From Chrysomallon squamiferum (taxonomy: Eukaryota; Animalia; Mollusca): 64,000 nt of DNA. The notes under the pieces were generated by a model that was not told where the DNA came from, made no database searches, and saw only the letters and a list, made by a program, of their open reading frames with translations. The translations under genes were made by a program, and so were the position numbers. Where the stretch lies: the NCBI GenBank assembly GCA_012295275.1, contig CM022670.1, forward strand, positions 38,564,001 through 38,628,000, written 5' to 3'. Within the stretch, counting starts at the first letter, position 1. Each line of letters begins with the position of its first letter. This document shows, in pieces, positions 1 through 15,406 of the stretch.

Positions 1-212
1 AAAATTTAAAAATAAATTAAACGTGATAAACTAAGTTAACACAATGCTTCCACTACTCTCTCCTGGTCCTTTGGTTATGCAGATTCTTGGCCCTCAAAAC
101 ATCAGGATTGTTTGATAAAAAAAAAAAAAAAAAAAAGAGAGAAACAAAAAAGAAATAGTCTTCAAGCCAAACACTGTTCTTTGTAGATTTTAGGAGCTAA
201 TCTTTTTAAAAA

Positions 213-250
<38 letters not shown>

Positions 251-2101
251 GCTTCAATTAACATTAACCATACTATAGTTTTCAGTATGCATGTGTTTCT
301 CATTTGACACAAGTCAGTCAACAATTCTTAAGACTGGCTCAAGTGTGTTCCTTCATAAACAAAATAATTAACATTAATAGCCAATTCCTTTTGAAACAAA
401 ACAAATTTTCCTTTATATAATAACAAACATTATCAATTTTTTTTTTTTTTAGTGTGGGATATTTTTTTTTTCTCTCTCTCTCTCATGTGTAACACATTTT
501 TTAAATTATTATTTTTGTTATTAATATTATTATTTATATATATATATAAATATATAGATATATATATATATATATAGCATTTGGCTTCAAGATTATTTCT
601 TGCTCTGGCTAAGCCAAGCTTTTATTTATTTTTACTTTTTTTTTCTGAGAGTTGTGCACGCTATAAGAGAGTTATTTTATAACCCAAACTGGACCTTTCA
701 GTTGGGACTGCTTACTCAAGATGTGGGCACCCTTTCAGGGCCCCGTCAAGCACTCTCTACTCTTTGATTGCACAGTGCGTTGTCAACTGTACAGACATTT
801 TTGAAAAATGAAAATTTAAAATTTAAAAAAAAAATCTCTTACCTATCTGAACTGCTTCTTCATTCAAGCTATTTCCTGAAGCAATGTCCCTATGTGTGTG
901 TTTGTTTTTATTTATGTGTTTGTGTGAAATATCTTTAATGCAAATCCATGGTTACTTTCAGGAACTGGCTTGAAAAGTTGGATGCAGTTTTTTTTTTTTT
1001 TTTTTTTTTTTCAAATTAAAGATATACATATTTATATATATGTATATATATCTATAAAAATATGACAATGTAAATATGTATTTAAGAAAGAAAAAAAAAA
1101 AGAAATAGTTGTAAACATTTTCCAGAAGGGGTTATTATGATAAATAATGTTATTTTGTTGTTGTTTTGTTTGTAGATCACTGCTTTAAACAAACAAAAAA
1201 AAAAAAGAGAAAAAAGTGCAAGTGGTTATCATTTCTTAACATTTCTTTATTGCTGTAATATTTCATTTGATAAGAAATTTTTTATTTTTTATTTTTTTTT
1301 TTATATATTGTATATCAGATAATGTAAAGCTACTTATTTTCTCTGGGAACAAAATTTGGAGTTTTTAAATTAATTTTGTAGTTGTTCGGCAACAATAAGT
1401 GTGCTCACTATTTGTTTATTTTTTATTATTATTTTATATATGTATAGACACACATACCTACATGTATATATTTTATAATCTCTCAAGGCATTGCAAAATA
1501 AAGGTCTAAAAATTGTAGATGATTTTCAAAAAAAAACAATTTTATAAGATTAGGTTGCAGGGAAATTGTTAAGAAAATAATAATAATAAAATAAAACTGT
1601 AGATTAGATAATACTATTATATATCTACCATCATTTTGAAACTGCCTTTAAGTGAACACATTTCAAGGCTTAACAAAATAAGGGTTGGGCATAATAATAT
1701 CTTTTCATGAACTTTTGATATCTAATGAAACAAAAATTATTTTAAAAAAAACAAAAACAAATTATTATTTAATATATTTGATAACTTCAAAAAAAACAAA
1801 GGAAACAAAGATCTTTAAAAAAAAAAAATTATTATTATTTTTTTTTTTTAAATTAAATTTTTCACTGTTGCTCAAACCTATCAATACATAAACAAACCAA
1901 ATTGAGATTTCAGTTCTGTTCTTTCATATCTTTTTTTTTTTTTTTTTGCAAGAAAGCGTCAACTGTTTGATATTAAAAATAGTAATTTGTATGTTTGTGT
2001 AGCTTCATTTTGAAGATGTGTGGTTTTCTTGGTGCATGCATGATCATCATCTTTTGAGCCACTTACTAGTTGCAGTAGTATTTATTTATTTATTTATTCA
2101 T

Positions 2102-2142
<41 letters not shown>

Positions 2143-2171
2143 AGATTTTTTTTTTTCTTTGTTGCTACATG

Positions 2172-2203
<32 letters not shown>

Positions 2204-5200
2204 ATGATGATAGTATATAGAAAGGTGGGGTGTATATCTCAATTCTGTAATCAACTTCTATTGAATCAACACTTGAATTAAAATTTAGCCATTTTAAAAA
2301 ATATATATACATATATATAAAAAAAACAAAAAAAAAAAAAAACAAAAAAAAAAAAATCTTTTTTGTACTTTTCCAAATATTTGTCATTGCAACATTATCA
2401 TTGCCTGGTTGGGTTCACTATTGTAGGACCAGCTTTTTTTTATATTTGATAATTTGTATTTTTAAAAAAGAAAAAACAACAAAAAAAAAAAGAAAAAAAA
2501 CACCTAAAAACATTTTTATCTTTTTCTTTCTTGTAAGCTTTTTACATAATTCTTATGAAAGATGTATACTTCATTAGAATAGGTATCTTGTCTGTTGGAA
2601 ACCATCACATAAAAATCAACTTTTTTTTTAATTTTTTTTGTTTTTAATATATATAGATTTTGGGGTGGTTGTGAAAGGGGTGTTAATTTTAAATAAACCT
2701 TCTACAACTTGCTGTTTTATTATTTCAAAGATCAAACAATTAAAATTCTTTTTTTTATAATTTTTTTTTCCTTCCCCCTTGTTTTGGCTTGGCCAATCTC
2801 CTTACCAGATCTAAAACACTAAAATACTTTTTAGGTTAACTTTGTAGAATCTCATTTTTCTCCAACATTTTCTCACTGTTTTGTCAAAAAAATAATCCTT
2901 AATTATTATGATTATTATTTTTATTTTTTTTAAAGAAAAAAACAAAATGCCAAAACCGAAAAAATGGCTTATTTGTATTTAGACCCACCATCACAAGGAT
3001 ATAACCAAAATTGTTTTTTTATATATTAATTTTTTTATTTTTATTTTTTTTAAACCCACCTGATTTCATTATAATTATGACAGTGACAATTTGCACCCAC
3101 ATGTTGTTTTTATAGCTGTGTATTTTCTTAGTAGTTACTTCTAATTCTTTCATTCTTTCTCTTGTTCAGTATACACTACTTGACTATTGGCTTAAAGTGT
3201 AGCTTCCTGCTTCTTCTAACAAAATGCCCCAAACATGCCACAGATAGTTGTTTATATTTTGTTTCATTTACAACTTGAACGATTTTTAGAATTGGAATAA
3301 TAATAAAAATATGAAAAAAATTATAAACAAAAAGATTTGTCAAATGTTATAGTTTTTAAAATGTATAACCATTGATCTACTTATTTTTGATAACAAATTT
3401 TTTTAGTTCATCCCAGAAACAAAGCTAATAATTAGTGTGAATAAATAAAATGTTTGAAATTTTTTGTTTTAATATAAATAACACCTCTAATTTTTATGCT
3501 GACTGAAAACAGCTATACTTGTAGCTTCAACCTAACGCTTACTAAAAAAGACAAAAATGATTTGCCAAATATGATAAGAGCTTCCAGAGTTAAAATGAAC
3601 TTTTTTTAATTTTTTTTTATTTTAAATTAAATTTTTAGATGTTTTTTTTTTTTCCTAGAAGATAAATCTCTTGAGGTTTAATTTTTTGTTTTCAGATGGT
3701 GGGGCAGTTTTCCTCAACTGTAGGCATGTAGCAGAAGATGTTAAGAGTAAAGAATGATTGTTAATTGTTTTTGCTTTTACTGTTAGATCCCCAGCCAGGA
3801 ATGAAACCAAAACATCTTGTATATAAAAAAAAAAAAAATTAAAAAAACCTAAAACAAAAACTGAAATTAAAATTTTGTTACATCAGCTTACTGGAATATG
3901 TGAAATTTTTGTTAAATTATTTCATTATTTTATCTTTATAAATATATTATTATTATTATAATTTTTATTTAAAAAAAAAAAATTTATAGCCATTTTAAAA
4001 CCCCATAGCACCAGAAAGAACCAAATTTCAAACATTAATTGTTCTTTCTAAAATGGTAGTGGGGGAGTATATATTACAATTTTTAATTAATTTCTAGAAG
4101 ATACATATAAAAAAAATTAAATTCATTTATATAACAGAAGGAAGACTACCATTAGCATTTCAAAATTTCTTTTTTTTCTCTCCCTAATATTTGTTCAGTA
4201 TTTATTTGATGTAGCATATCCACCCATGTTTATGAAAGAAGTACAGTAGCTTTTTAATATTAAATTTTAGTGTTTTAATCTTTATGCTATTAAACTAATG
4301 AAATAAAATGTTATCACACATTTTGGGTTGGCTCAGTTTAGTCATTTACTTTTCAATGAATTGTTTTTCCATCATTATTAAATATATATTCATTTTTTTA
4401 ATTATAAATAATAAGTATATTCTGTTTGGTATTTCACATATGTGACAAATTGCAGTGACACTATGATTATTATTTTATAACTGTTTTCATCAGATCTTTT
4501 ATTTCTAATTTTTATATATTTTTTTTTTATTTTTTTTTTTTTAATCAAATTATTTATTAAAAAACCCCAAACAAGAACATTTATTATTTTTCCCTCATGT
4601 ATTTACAAAATCCTGTTAAATTTTTATTATTTTTTATTATTATTTAATTTTAAATGAAACTTAGAGATTTCAATAAGCAAGAAGCTGCATTGATTCTAAT
4701 ATTTTACTTCTTTAATGAATTGTTTTTTAGTATAAAATTTCTCAAATTTTTTTAAAATTTTGTATCTGAAATATTTTGACAATTCATATTTGAAACATAA
4801 TAAAAAATTATTATCATCATTATCCCTTTTTTTTTTAAATTTAAATCTTTTATTTTTTTTAAATTGAGATACAGTATGTTGAGGTTTCATATTTAAAACA
4901 TAATAATAAAAATATTATCATTATTATTTAGATTTTTTATTTTTTTATTTTTATTTTTTATTTTATTTTATTTTTTTGGTTAAGTTATGAAATTTTGTGA
5001 AAGGCTGCAGTGATCATCATCTGACAACTGATTGCATTAGTTCCTGGCTCTTTATTTGCAGATGCTGCAATGATTGTGACATGACTGCCTGCCGATTCAC
5101 CTGAAGTGATTGTCAACAACGTTTTTACACCTTAAATTTGTTGTTAGTGCATTTCATTGTAACCAGTAAAAATATCTTAAATTAAAAACAAATAATAATA

Positions 5201-8200
5201 ATAATAATAATAATAATCAATAAAAAAAATGTTTTGTGAAAAATGAAAAAATAAAATCTGAAACATACGGTGAAAATTAGTACAAATAATACAAGTACAA
5301 AAACTCAGGTACATGTCTGTTTTGTGATGGTGATGGTAATGCTGCAGAGGTCAAATAAAAATTTCGAAATAAAACAACAACAACAATAAAATAACGACGA
5401 GGAGTTGTTGTTCCTTCGTTGAACCACAAATGTCTTGTGTAACAAACTTTTCCTTTGGCAAAGACTTTTTATAAGACAGCTAAAGGCAATGTGTATTTTT
5501 AATTATTATTATTTTTATTTTCGTCTCTTCTGTTACAAACAACATCTGTGAAATTTCACTGTTATCTCAGTAAATGTGAGTGTTTTTAATCTGCCTTTTT
5601 GAGGACAGCATTGATGGGGTTTTTTTTGCCACTCATTTTTTATTTCATTTTTTTTATTTTTGAGACCAGTGGCCAAACAAACAAACAAACAAAAAACAAA
5701 AAAGAAGAAAGAAATAGTGGGAGAAAGCATTTGCTTATTCATGTTTATTCATTCATATGTAAATATATGTATGAATTGTTTATAAAGAAAATGTCATCAA
5801 AAAAAAAAAAATGTTTTTATTTGTTATTAAAACTACTGAAGATTGCTCCAATACTGTGAACTAAAAACAATTTTCTTTTTCTTTTTTTTTAAATGTTTTG
5901 TGTTCATTTTTCATCATTTAATAAATACCAGACATTGGAAATAATAAATATATTTGGTGGCTAATAATAATAATAATAATAAATAATATCCGAATAGGTA
6001 AGCAATGTTTTTGGAATGCTCGTTTTCATTCATATTTTTTTTTTTTTTTTTTTTTGTTTTTTTTGAGAATTATTGTCCTGGTTAAATAAATAAAAAAAAT
6101 AAAAAAACAAGTGTCAGTGTTTATATCATCATGTACAGTATGGACATAACTGGTTTATATTGTTTGATTATTTTATTTTATTGTGATGTGTAAAGTGTCG
6201 GGTAGGGCCTTACTGTTACCTCCAGCTGTTTTTTAAAAAACAAAACAATGCCAGCAGTGCAACTTGGGCAAAATGTGTTTGTTTTTCTTTCTTTCTATGT
6301 GGATGTTGACGGTTAATGTAGATAAAATATTGTTTGTTTTTAGAGGGTTTTTAAACCAGAATGACGTTACCATTATTACTAAGAATCTCAAAGACTGTTC
6401 AGTGAAGAACTAGTGTATAGCTGTCAAACTGGTAGCTCATTCCTACAGCTGAGTTTGGCAGGAATGTAATTCTTTTGTAAATAAGTTATATTTTGTCACC
6501 GTAGAACTCTTTTATAATTCAGTTACACATTTCTCTAAATGGTAACTCTTTTTATAAATATATTTATCCATTAAATTTTTATATTTTTTTTATTTTTTAT
6601 TTATTTAAAAGCATGCTAATTCATAAAGTAAAAATGATGACTTTTTTATTTTATTTTATTTTAAAATGTGTATAAATGAAGCCTGCAAAACTGGATTTTG
6701 GGTGGTAAATATTTTCAAATTGAAACAATAAGACTAGTAAAAAAATAAATAATAAGACTATATGAGACATATATGTCACTGATAGTATTTTATTTACGTT
6801 AAAAAATAATAATAATAATAATAATAATAAAATTCAACTTGAGTTCTCATTTGTCGTGTGTTTGTAATGTCTGTTTTCTGCTCACGGAAATGCCTGCCTG
6901 CATTTCTGGATTTTCACATATTTTCTTAAACCGCCCCCCTCCAGTTGTTGAGTGACCTGCCCCCCGCCCCCGACATTTGTAATTACCATTTTATTTTGTC
7001 ATATTTGTTTTGATTTTTGTGCACACAGCAGAACAATACTTTCTCTTGGTTGCATTGTTCATCGTATATTTTTTATTTTATTATTATAATTTCTCTCTCT
7101 CTCTTTTTTTTTGTGTTAAGTGTCTTGTAAATATTTGGGATGTATAGCGTGTTTACTTCATTTGTGAAAACTGAGAGTTTTAAAAGTGTAAAAGAATTGT
7201 TCTGCTGTGGCCTAGGGCAGGGCTGTCCCTCATCATCACTTCCATTATTGATTGTATTGTTTGGGTAACTCATTTTGCTCAGTTTTTTTTTTTTTGCCCA
7301 ACTTGCCATTATAAAGAAATATCCTGGGTTGCATTGCTGGAGACTTTTCTTGACTTTTCTAGAAAACCAGCTGTCATACTGACTTGCTCATTCCTCTACC
7401 TCGAAAAGTAATGTGTTTCTGAATCGTACGATTTAAAAAAAAAAAAAACTTTCTTGTATTTCAAAGAGATCTGGATGCAGATTTTGACATAACTGTTATC
7501 GTGAAAATTTATTTAAAAAAAAAATTAAAAAAGATATAATTATTTGATTTTAAAATGAGGATTATTCCAACATTTTTCACATAATCGTTCAATGTCACTG
7601 TATTCTTTAAATCTTGTCAAAAACTATAATGTGTTGTTTAGTTGCACTTTTAACCTACTATCATTAACCTTGGCTGAAATTTAAATACGTACAGTTCAGT
7701 TTTATTATTATTATTATTATTATGTCAAACTCAGAGAGAAGGATCTCTTTAATCAGCTAATCTCAGAAATCTGTCAAAACAAAAATCTCTACAAAAGATA
7801 ATCTTATTAAGAGCAAGACTTTATGATCAGCCTCTTTTCAACAGACTCTTTTCCATGAACTCAAAGTCAGCAGCATATCCCATAGTACATTATGTGGTTT
7901 TTTTGAAATCATGGTTTTTGTTCAATTCTCATGAGTATTTGAAATTTTAAATAATTAAACGGTTCAGGTGGAAATCGTTTATAGATATTTGTTTTTACGT
8001 TTGTGATTATACAAATATTTATTCAAAATATCCACCTCCCATTTCAATATTTGCTTTGTTGTTCCTATGGGAACCATTTCGATACAAATCTGAAAACAAC
8101 TGAGGAAAACATGTTTGGTTTTTTTAATTATTAAATTATTAAACTTAATGCATAAAAATTGTCACATCTGTAATGGGTTCTTTCTTGTTTTTTTTTTGTT

Positions 8201-8886
8201 TTTTTCTTATATTTCTTTATTTTTGTATTTCTTTTTGATTTTGAGTGGAGGTGAAGTTCATATATGTGTGTTTTAGAAGTTTTAATATTTTTAATACCAT
8301 TAATTCTTTTTTCTGTCCATTGATTTATCTTATTTTCTTTAAAACTGATTTTGAGCGAAACATGTTCATATATACTTTAAAATGTAAAATATTTTTTTTT
8401 TATTCTCTTCATGTAAAAGAGTCTGGGAGAAAGGTAAATTTTAATTTTAAAAATGTCTGAAGTCAAGCAACCTAATGGAAAGTTGACGATGTGATATGAG
8501 ATTCATTAAATATTTTTTAGTTGAGAATTAAAACATTTTTGGATCTGTTTGTATCTATCATTTATTTTCATTACTTTTATTATTACTACTACAAAACAGA
8601 TCTATATTACTGCAAAATTTTTAATCACTCATTTTTTAATTTATTGAATGAAATTAAATTTTTAAAATTCCACATAATAAAAAAAAAAAAAAAAAATCTT
8701 CAAGACATGGGTTGCTTTACTTCGAACTCAGTTTATAATAATTTACATGATGTACATTTTTTAAATTATTATTTTCCTTCCACCATTCATTATAGCGAAC
8801 TACATTTTTTGAAAGACAACTCTGAAACAGCGTGATCTCCGACAAATCACGTTGTCAATGTTGTCTCCTGCAACTACTACTACTAC

Positions 8887-8927
<41 letters not shown>

Positions 8928-9109
8928 TTTTTTTGTTCTCATGCTTTGTATATTTGCTGTCATATTGTATTTGGTACTGCAGGGTTGTCCTCATTTCTCT
9001 CTCTTAACATAGCGACACCCTTCAGACACACAACAATCAAAATTTATGGCAATATTGTATTATATCTTAGTCATTTTATAATATTCATTAATTTTTTTTT
9101 AATTATTAT

Positions 9110-9144
<35 letters not shown>

Positions 9145-9399
9145 CCATCATTTGAAATGGTGTCCATTTCAGCAGATAAGTTATTGTGTCCTCATTGTGT
9201 TGATGATAGCTGTCATCTTTAGTATTGAGATAAACAGTTGTATGTCCTGTTACGTACAAGAATCATGTAGAGAAGGGCTCTAATAAACTCAATTGTTGGA
9301 ACCTTCCTTCTTTAACCGTGTTTGTGTTTTTTTATTCTTTTTAAAATAATAAAGTACAAGTCTCTGTTCAGGTTAAACTGATGTTGCGTGTGGGTTTCT

Positions 9400-9675
9400 G
9401 TTCTTGAAAATGATGCTTGAGTGAATGTGCGTAAAAATGATTTGTGTGCGTGTTCATGAAAAGATTTTTGTGCGAGTTCGTGAAAACGATTCTTGTGCAA
9501 GTATTCATGAAAATGATTCTTATATGAATGTTCATGAAAATGATTTTTGCGAGTTCATGAAAATGGTTCTTGTGCGACTTCATGAAAATGATTCTTCTGT
9601 GAATGTTCATGAAAACAATTCTTGTGTGTTCATGAAAATGATTTTGTGTGAGTATTCATAAAAATGATTTTTGTT
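9400..9675. repeat. Degenerate minisatellite, ~23-27-nt unit (TTCATGAAAATGATTYTTGTG...), about 10 copies
   Basis: Recurring TTCATGAAAA core; this explains the three overlapping repetitive ORFs in the track. Confidence 0.9.
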
Positions 9676-11007
9676 TGGGTGTGATATTACTGGATAGGTC
9701 TTAAAAAGATCCAAAAACTTAACTGTTTATGAAATTCTTCAAAGTATGATGCTTAATAATCCCTTACTAAGAAATGTCTCACAATACAAATAATGTCTCA
9801 TTACCTTTTGAAGATGTTCTAAATATGGTACCTAACAGCCACAGAATTTAGAAAAGATTAAAAATACATTGCTTTAATCAAAGTTCAAATTAGCAAATGT
9901 TCAAATGGGGGTTTCTTGTGAGACCAAACAAATGAATAAATATTTAACCAAAAATGCATTCTGATATGGACAGTTACTTGATGTTGGTCATATATTCTTT
10001 GTGAGTGTTACTGGAATTATGAATATTTACAAGAACTAATAGTGTTAGAGAATTCAGCTCAGTGAATAATGGACAGGAAAAATTGCCTTTATATTGTGAA
10101 GAAACATTCAGCTGTGAAGTATTTTATGAGTTCTTGTCCTTTGTGTGTGGCAGACTTCAAAAGTTCCAAATCCATGGAGAACTGTTGAAATAAGTAAACA
10201 AATATAAAAAAAAAAAAAATATCTTAACCAGACTGGAGGTCATATTAAATAATGAATGTCTCTTGTGCTGAAACATCAATAAAGGAAATGCATGACTGAT
10301 CAATGAATCAATAAAATGAATAGAAAATGTATGAAGTGCTAATTAAAATGCAGTGTGTGCATGTGTGTGGGTCTTTGTGTTCATGTAAAAGCCAAGACAT
10401 TATGAAGGCCTGTTTATGTTAAAATGTAGAGAAATTACGAGCATAAATTCTTCATTTATTCAAAATAATAAATAATAAAACTGCATTACTAAAGAAAAAA
10501 AAAAAACTTGAAATCTATTTTATTACTTGTTTAAAATAACGGTTTTCTTTCTTTAATAAGGTTTATTTTCAAGATGAAACTAAATTTCCTCTTACAATTT
10601 ATAAGCCTATTTTTCTCAACGATGACAAAACGTTTATATATCTGAGATCCACCTCTATAATATATCGTAAAAACGCTCATATTATTATTATTATTTATTA
10701 TATCATAAAGGTATAGAAAATAGTATCAGCTCATTTCGCGCCAGTGCTAATTTTACGATCTGTATTTACCGCGTTTTATCGACTGGAGATAAAGGGAGAT
10801 ATGTAAATTTAACAGTACACTTGAACTCTATCTCCTGTTGTCTGGACTCAGCCAGATAAAACGAGGACAGAGGTCAAACACCTTTAAGAGGGCTAATAAA
10901 TAACTGAATGTCGTTAAAGGCACTGTATCCTAGTTGCGTCTGTTTGTTTTGACGACCATATTTTCCTTACAACCTGTTTGCTTTCTTTAATTGATTTTAT
11001 TTGATAG

Positions 11008-11018
11008 TGCTGAGTCAC
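11008..11018 (-). promoter_or_regulatory. Consensus antioxidant response element (GTGACTCAGCA)
   Basis: Exact match to the Nrf2/CncC-small Maf consensus RTGACTCAGCA, in a CpG-retaining patch 4.8 kb upstream of the thioredoxin cluster. Function is not shown. Confidence 0.45.
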
Positions 11019-11188
11019 GATTGATGTCTAAACAAAGTGTATCCATGGACGCGGCATTTTTCTGGAACATTATTACTACTACTACTACTAGAAAACTGCC
11101 ATCTCTGCTACCACCAACACCACTACCACTACTATTACTACTGAAACTGCTGCTACAACTACTACTACAACTATACTATTACTATTCA

Positions 11189-11240
<52 letters not shown>

Positions 11241-11284
11241 ATTTGACAAGAATTAGCAAAACATGAATTTTTAAATTCAGTCAT

Positions 11285-11334
<50 letters not shown>

Positions 11335-13262
11335 TGTAAATTGATATTAAGTCACTTTCAAAATAAATAAAATAAAATTCACAAAATCCCGCACTATATT
11401 TTAATGTCCTTTCTTGATTTCTTTTTATGAACATTAAATATAATTTACCTCCATTATTCAAAAACATTAAAAGAATTGTTTTTTCTTCAGTATTATTCAC
11501 TAATAGAAATAATATTTTACCACGATTATTATTATGATTATTATTATTATTATTATTATTATTTCATTTGGAATATAATAATAGTAGGTGAACAATATCA
11601 GGGAACTCTCTAAAAGAAAATATCACATTTGTAGTCATAAAATTAAAGAAAAATGCAAGAATAACTGCATGTGATATTGGAGCTGCATTGCTGTTATTTT
11701 ATGACATATTTTATTATTTTTATTTGCATTTTCCACATGTTAAAATAAAAATCCTTCCGTTTCTTTTTAATTTTTATTTTCCATGTATAAGATAAAAACT
11801 CTGTCCTTTTTAAAAAAAAATTAATAATAATAATAAAAATAAATAAATAAAATAACAGACTAATAGTTTACAGAATTCACACTCACAAAACCAGTACCGG
11901 TATTACGAATACTGTAATCGTCAATTCAACCAAATAATAAAAACATGTTGATAAAAGTACGAATGGTTATTATATAACAAACATTATGTACTAATATGTG
12001 TGTCTGTATATGTATAATGTTGTGTGTGTGTGTGTGTGTGTGCGTGCGTCATTATATAATTATGTTCATAATGTGCATGTGTGTGTGTATATTTATCATT
12101 ATATACATTCCTCTGGACACATATGTCGCGTAACATATTGATATATTACAACGAGCGAGACTGAAGTTGTCCATATATTAAACATAACACACACACACAC
12201 ACACACACACATATTTCATATTATATACAAATATATATATGCATGTACCGTGCATCTTTTTGTATGTGCATACATGTGTTCATTTGCTTATGTATGTGTG
12301 TAATATAATAATAAAATAAAGAACTGATTATCACATCTAAATAATGTTTTATGTTCAGAACGTTTGTACCTTTTAAAGAAAATGATAAGGTGAAAAGTTT
12401 CCTCTGACATATATATTATATACGTGACCCTAGTAACCTAGTTAAGGACGAAATCAAGAAGACTGTTTTTACAGAATGAACACTGCTATTTGACATTAAA
12501 CAAAACAAAAAACAAAAAAAAAGTTTTTTTTTTTTTTTGTAAACGTATACGCCAGACGTCAGAGCAGATTATTGACCTCTGACCTGCTACATTTATCTCT
12601 CGTTAGTAATAAAAGGTGTGGACACATTCTTTTCACAAGTTGAAAGGTATAGATGGACAGTTCTGCTTGACTGAACAACAACAACAACTGATGATATAGG
12701 AAGAAGGAATGTATGTTATTTCCCGTTCAACCAAATCTCCTTCGCCATTGTGATTTTTTTTTTTTTTTTTTTTTTTTTTCGTTTTTCTTTTTTGTCTTTC
12801 TTGTTCGTTTTTTTTTTTTTTTTTTTTTTTTCCCTATTTTTCCTTTTATTCTTTTCCATTTATTTTAAAGTATTTTATGTTATCAGACATGAGGAATAAA
12901 TAACGCTGAAAAAAACCTTTGTTGTCAATGACAGGAGAATAAGAACAATAAAATTTATTATTATGATGTTGGTAGTTTGTCATTTATTTAGAAATGAATT
13001 ACAAACTGAGATTACATATATTTATATAAACAAAAAAGAAACAGTTTCCTCTGTTACAAAATACATATGCTATATATAGGCTACATATAATATTACTGGA
13101 TTTATTTCGCGTATTATCTAAAATTTAAATTAATACTCCTGCTCCAGTTTAAAAACAATGGGACCATTATCATTTAAATCCTTATGACATAATGTGCAGT
13201 AATAATAACAATGAGAAACAAAACAGTCAGAAAGAAAGAGAAGACAGAAGTGAAAATGGAAC

Positions 13263-13306
<44 letters not shown>

Positions 13307-13883
13307 AGATGAGCCAGATAAATGAGAGAGCGAGACAGACAAACAGACAGATTAAAATTTTACTTCTATGTTTAAACAAATTCCGTAACACTTCTATATT
13401 CGATAAAAAAAAAAAAAAAAATTACACATTAACCAATAAAATGACTGTAACGATTATTTCGACCGCTCTTTCGTTTCCGCTGGTAGGTGACCCGAATTTA
13501 AATTCTGTTATTTTCTAGCCGTTCTGTTTTATCCGCCATTTTGTTCTCTTCATAACGAGAAACTTTTCATCTTGAAAGTTATATCAATTTTTTTTTTTAT
13601 TTTTAATTTTTTTTAATTTTTGTTAAAGTGTGGCATTCCTTTTTTAATATTAGATCCTCCCACGCTTGTAAAATGTTAACCAACAAAAATGGCGTATGTA
13701 TAAATCTTTAAATATGTTTATACGTGCCGCGGTTCACGCGAGATAGTTGGGTATCTAAGTACACACACTAACAAAATAATTACAGCGCTAAATATAAAAT
13801 AAAACATCATCGCGTGTTCTAACATGTTGTACACACACTGTCTTCTACAGACATAGCTACATCCACAGTGGCGACACTTAAAC

Positions 13884-13920
<37 letters not shown>

Positions 13921-13976
13921 TTGATTATTATTACTGTAGTCCACTGTTAATATAGTATATATTTCTAGAGTATCAC

Positions 13977-14031
<55 letters not shown>

Positions 14032-15261
14032 GTCTATGTTATTGTTCCGATTGATTATTGACCTTATATCTTGTACTGGCAAAACTTGACTTTTATTATT
14101 AATCTCTCTCTCACAAACACACACACACACAACAACAACAACACACACACACTTATTATTTATGAATTATTTTCATTTAATGTTTGGTAACGAGCAGACA
14201 CTTGTCAGCGCATGTTTCCATTCATCCATTCATCCGTGCTGTTCGAGGTTTTCTCGAAAGGTCATGTGAAATGTTGTGCATGGTTGGTTCGCGAGATATG
14301 TCGTCTGCCATGCTTTTCATGTACATGCTTCTCACATCTCGTGTTTTTGGGGCATAAAGGAGCTCAGTATATAATAAGTATTTGAAAGCCTTTTCGTGTA
14401 AACGCATCAACAAAATAACAAAAAGAACTATAAAATAAGAACTCGCTGTAATATAGACATAAAAAAAAGTTAATGGTCTGTTTAAATATCGAAATCATCG
14501 AAGTCCCGGTGAACTTGTATTCTGTAATTCTCTCAAATGATTTTTGAAACAGCTGAGAAAAAAGGCAGTTTCAGAAAATATATAGCAATAAACAACTGAT
14601 TTTTAATTTTTTTAAAACATAAAGTATTAATTTAAACACACAAGGAATTATATTCATTTGACACCTACCCTGTAAATAAAATGAAAATAAACTGCAGCTT
14701 ACATTAAAAAAATTTAGTCCAAATTATTTATTCATTTACACCTTATTATTAAATTTAGTTATTTACTTTATTATTATCATCATGATTATTATTATTATTA
14801 TTTTATTATTATTATTATTATTATTATTTTATTATTATTATTAAATCTGAAATTATTTTAGTATATCAGATTTTATTGTTTTCATTATAACAATGTTAAA
14901 GTTAATTGTAATAAGATAAAAACGACAGTGAAAGTCTTTGTGAAATTTTCCAAATCAGTTCTGTTGTTCTCAATCACTCATAACTGATTTATACAACTAA
15001 TCGATAACAGACAAAACAAAATAAATAAATAAATAAATAACAAATAAATAAGTAAATAAATAATGGTGGTAATAGTGTTTATTTCTTCTGTAATTTATTA
15101 TTATTATTATTATTATTATATTACGAATACTGTAAAAGAGGCAGAGAAAATTGCTTGGAACAAGTAATCAGTGGTGTTTAAATTATTTATTTCGATAATT
15201 TCCCCACATCTCTTGTGCTACAAAAAATCAGCTGTCTTTCTTTTTTATTTATCATTTCTTC

Positions 15262-15339
<78 letters not shown>

Positions 15340-15367
15340 TTGTTGTTATTATTTTATTTATTATCAT

Positions 15368-15406
<39 letters not shown>

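Noticed and set aside
9312-9661. Overlapping repetitive ORFs on both strands
   Set aside because: They are by-products of the ~25-nt minisatellite, with no splice or homology support.
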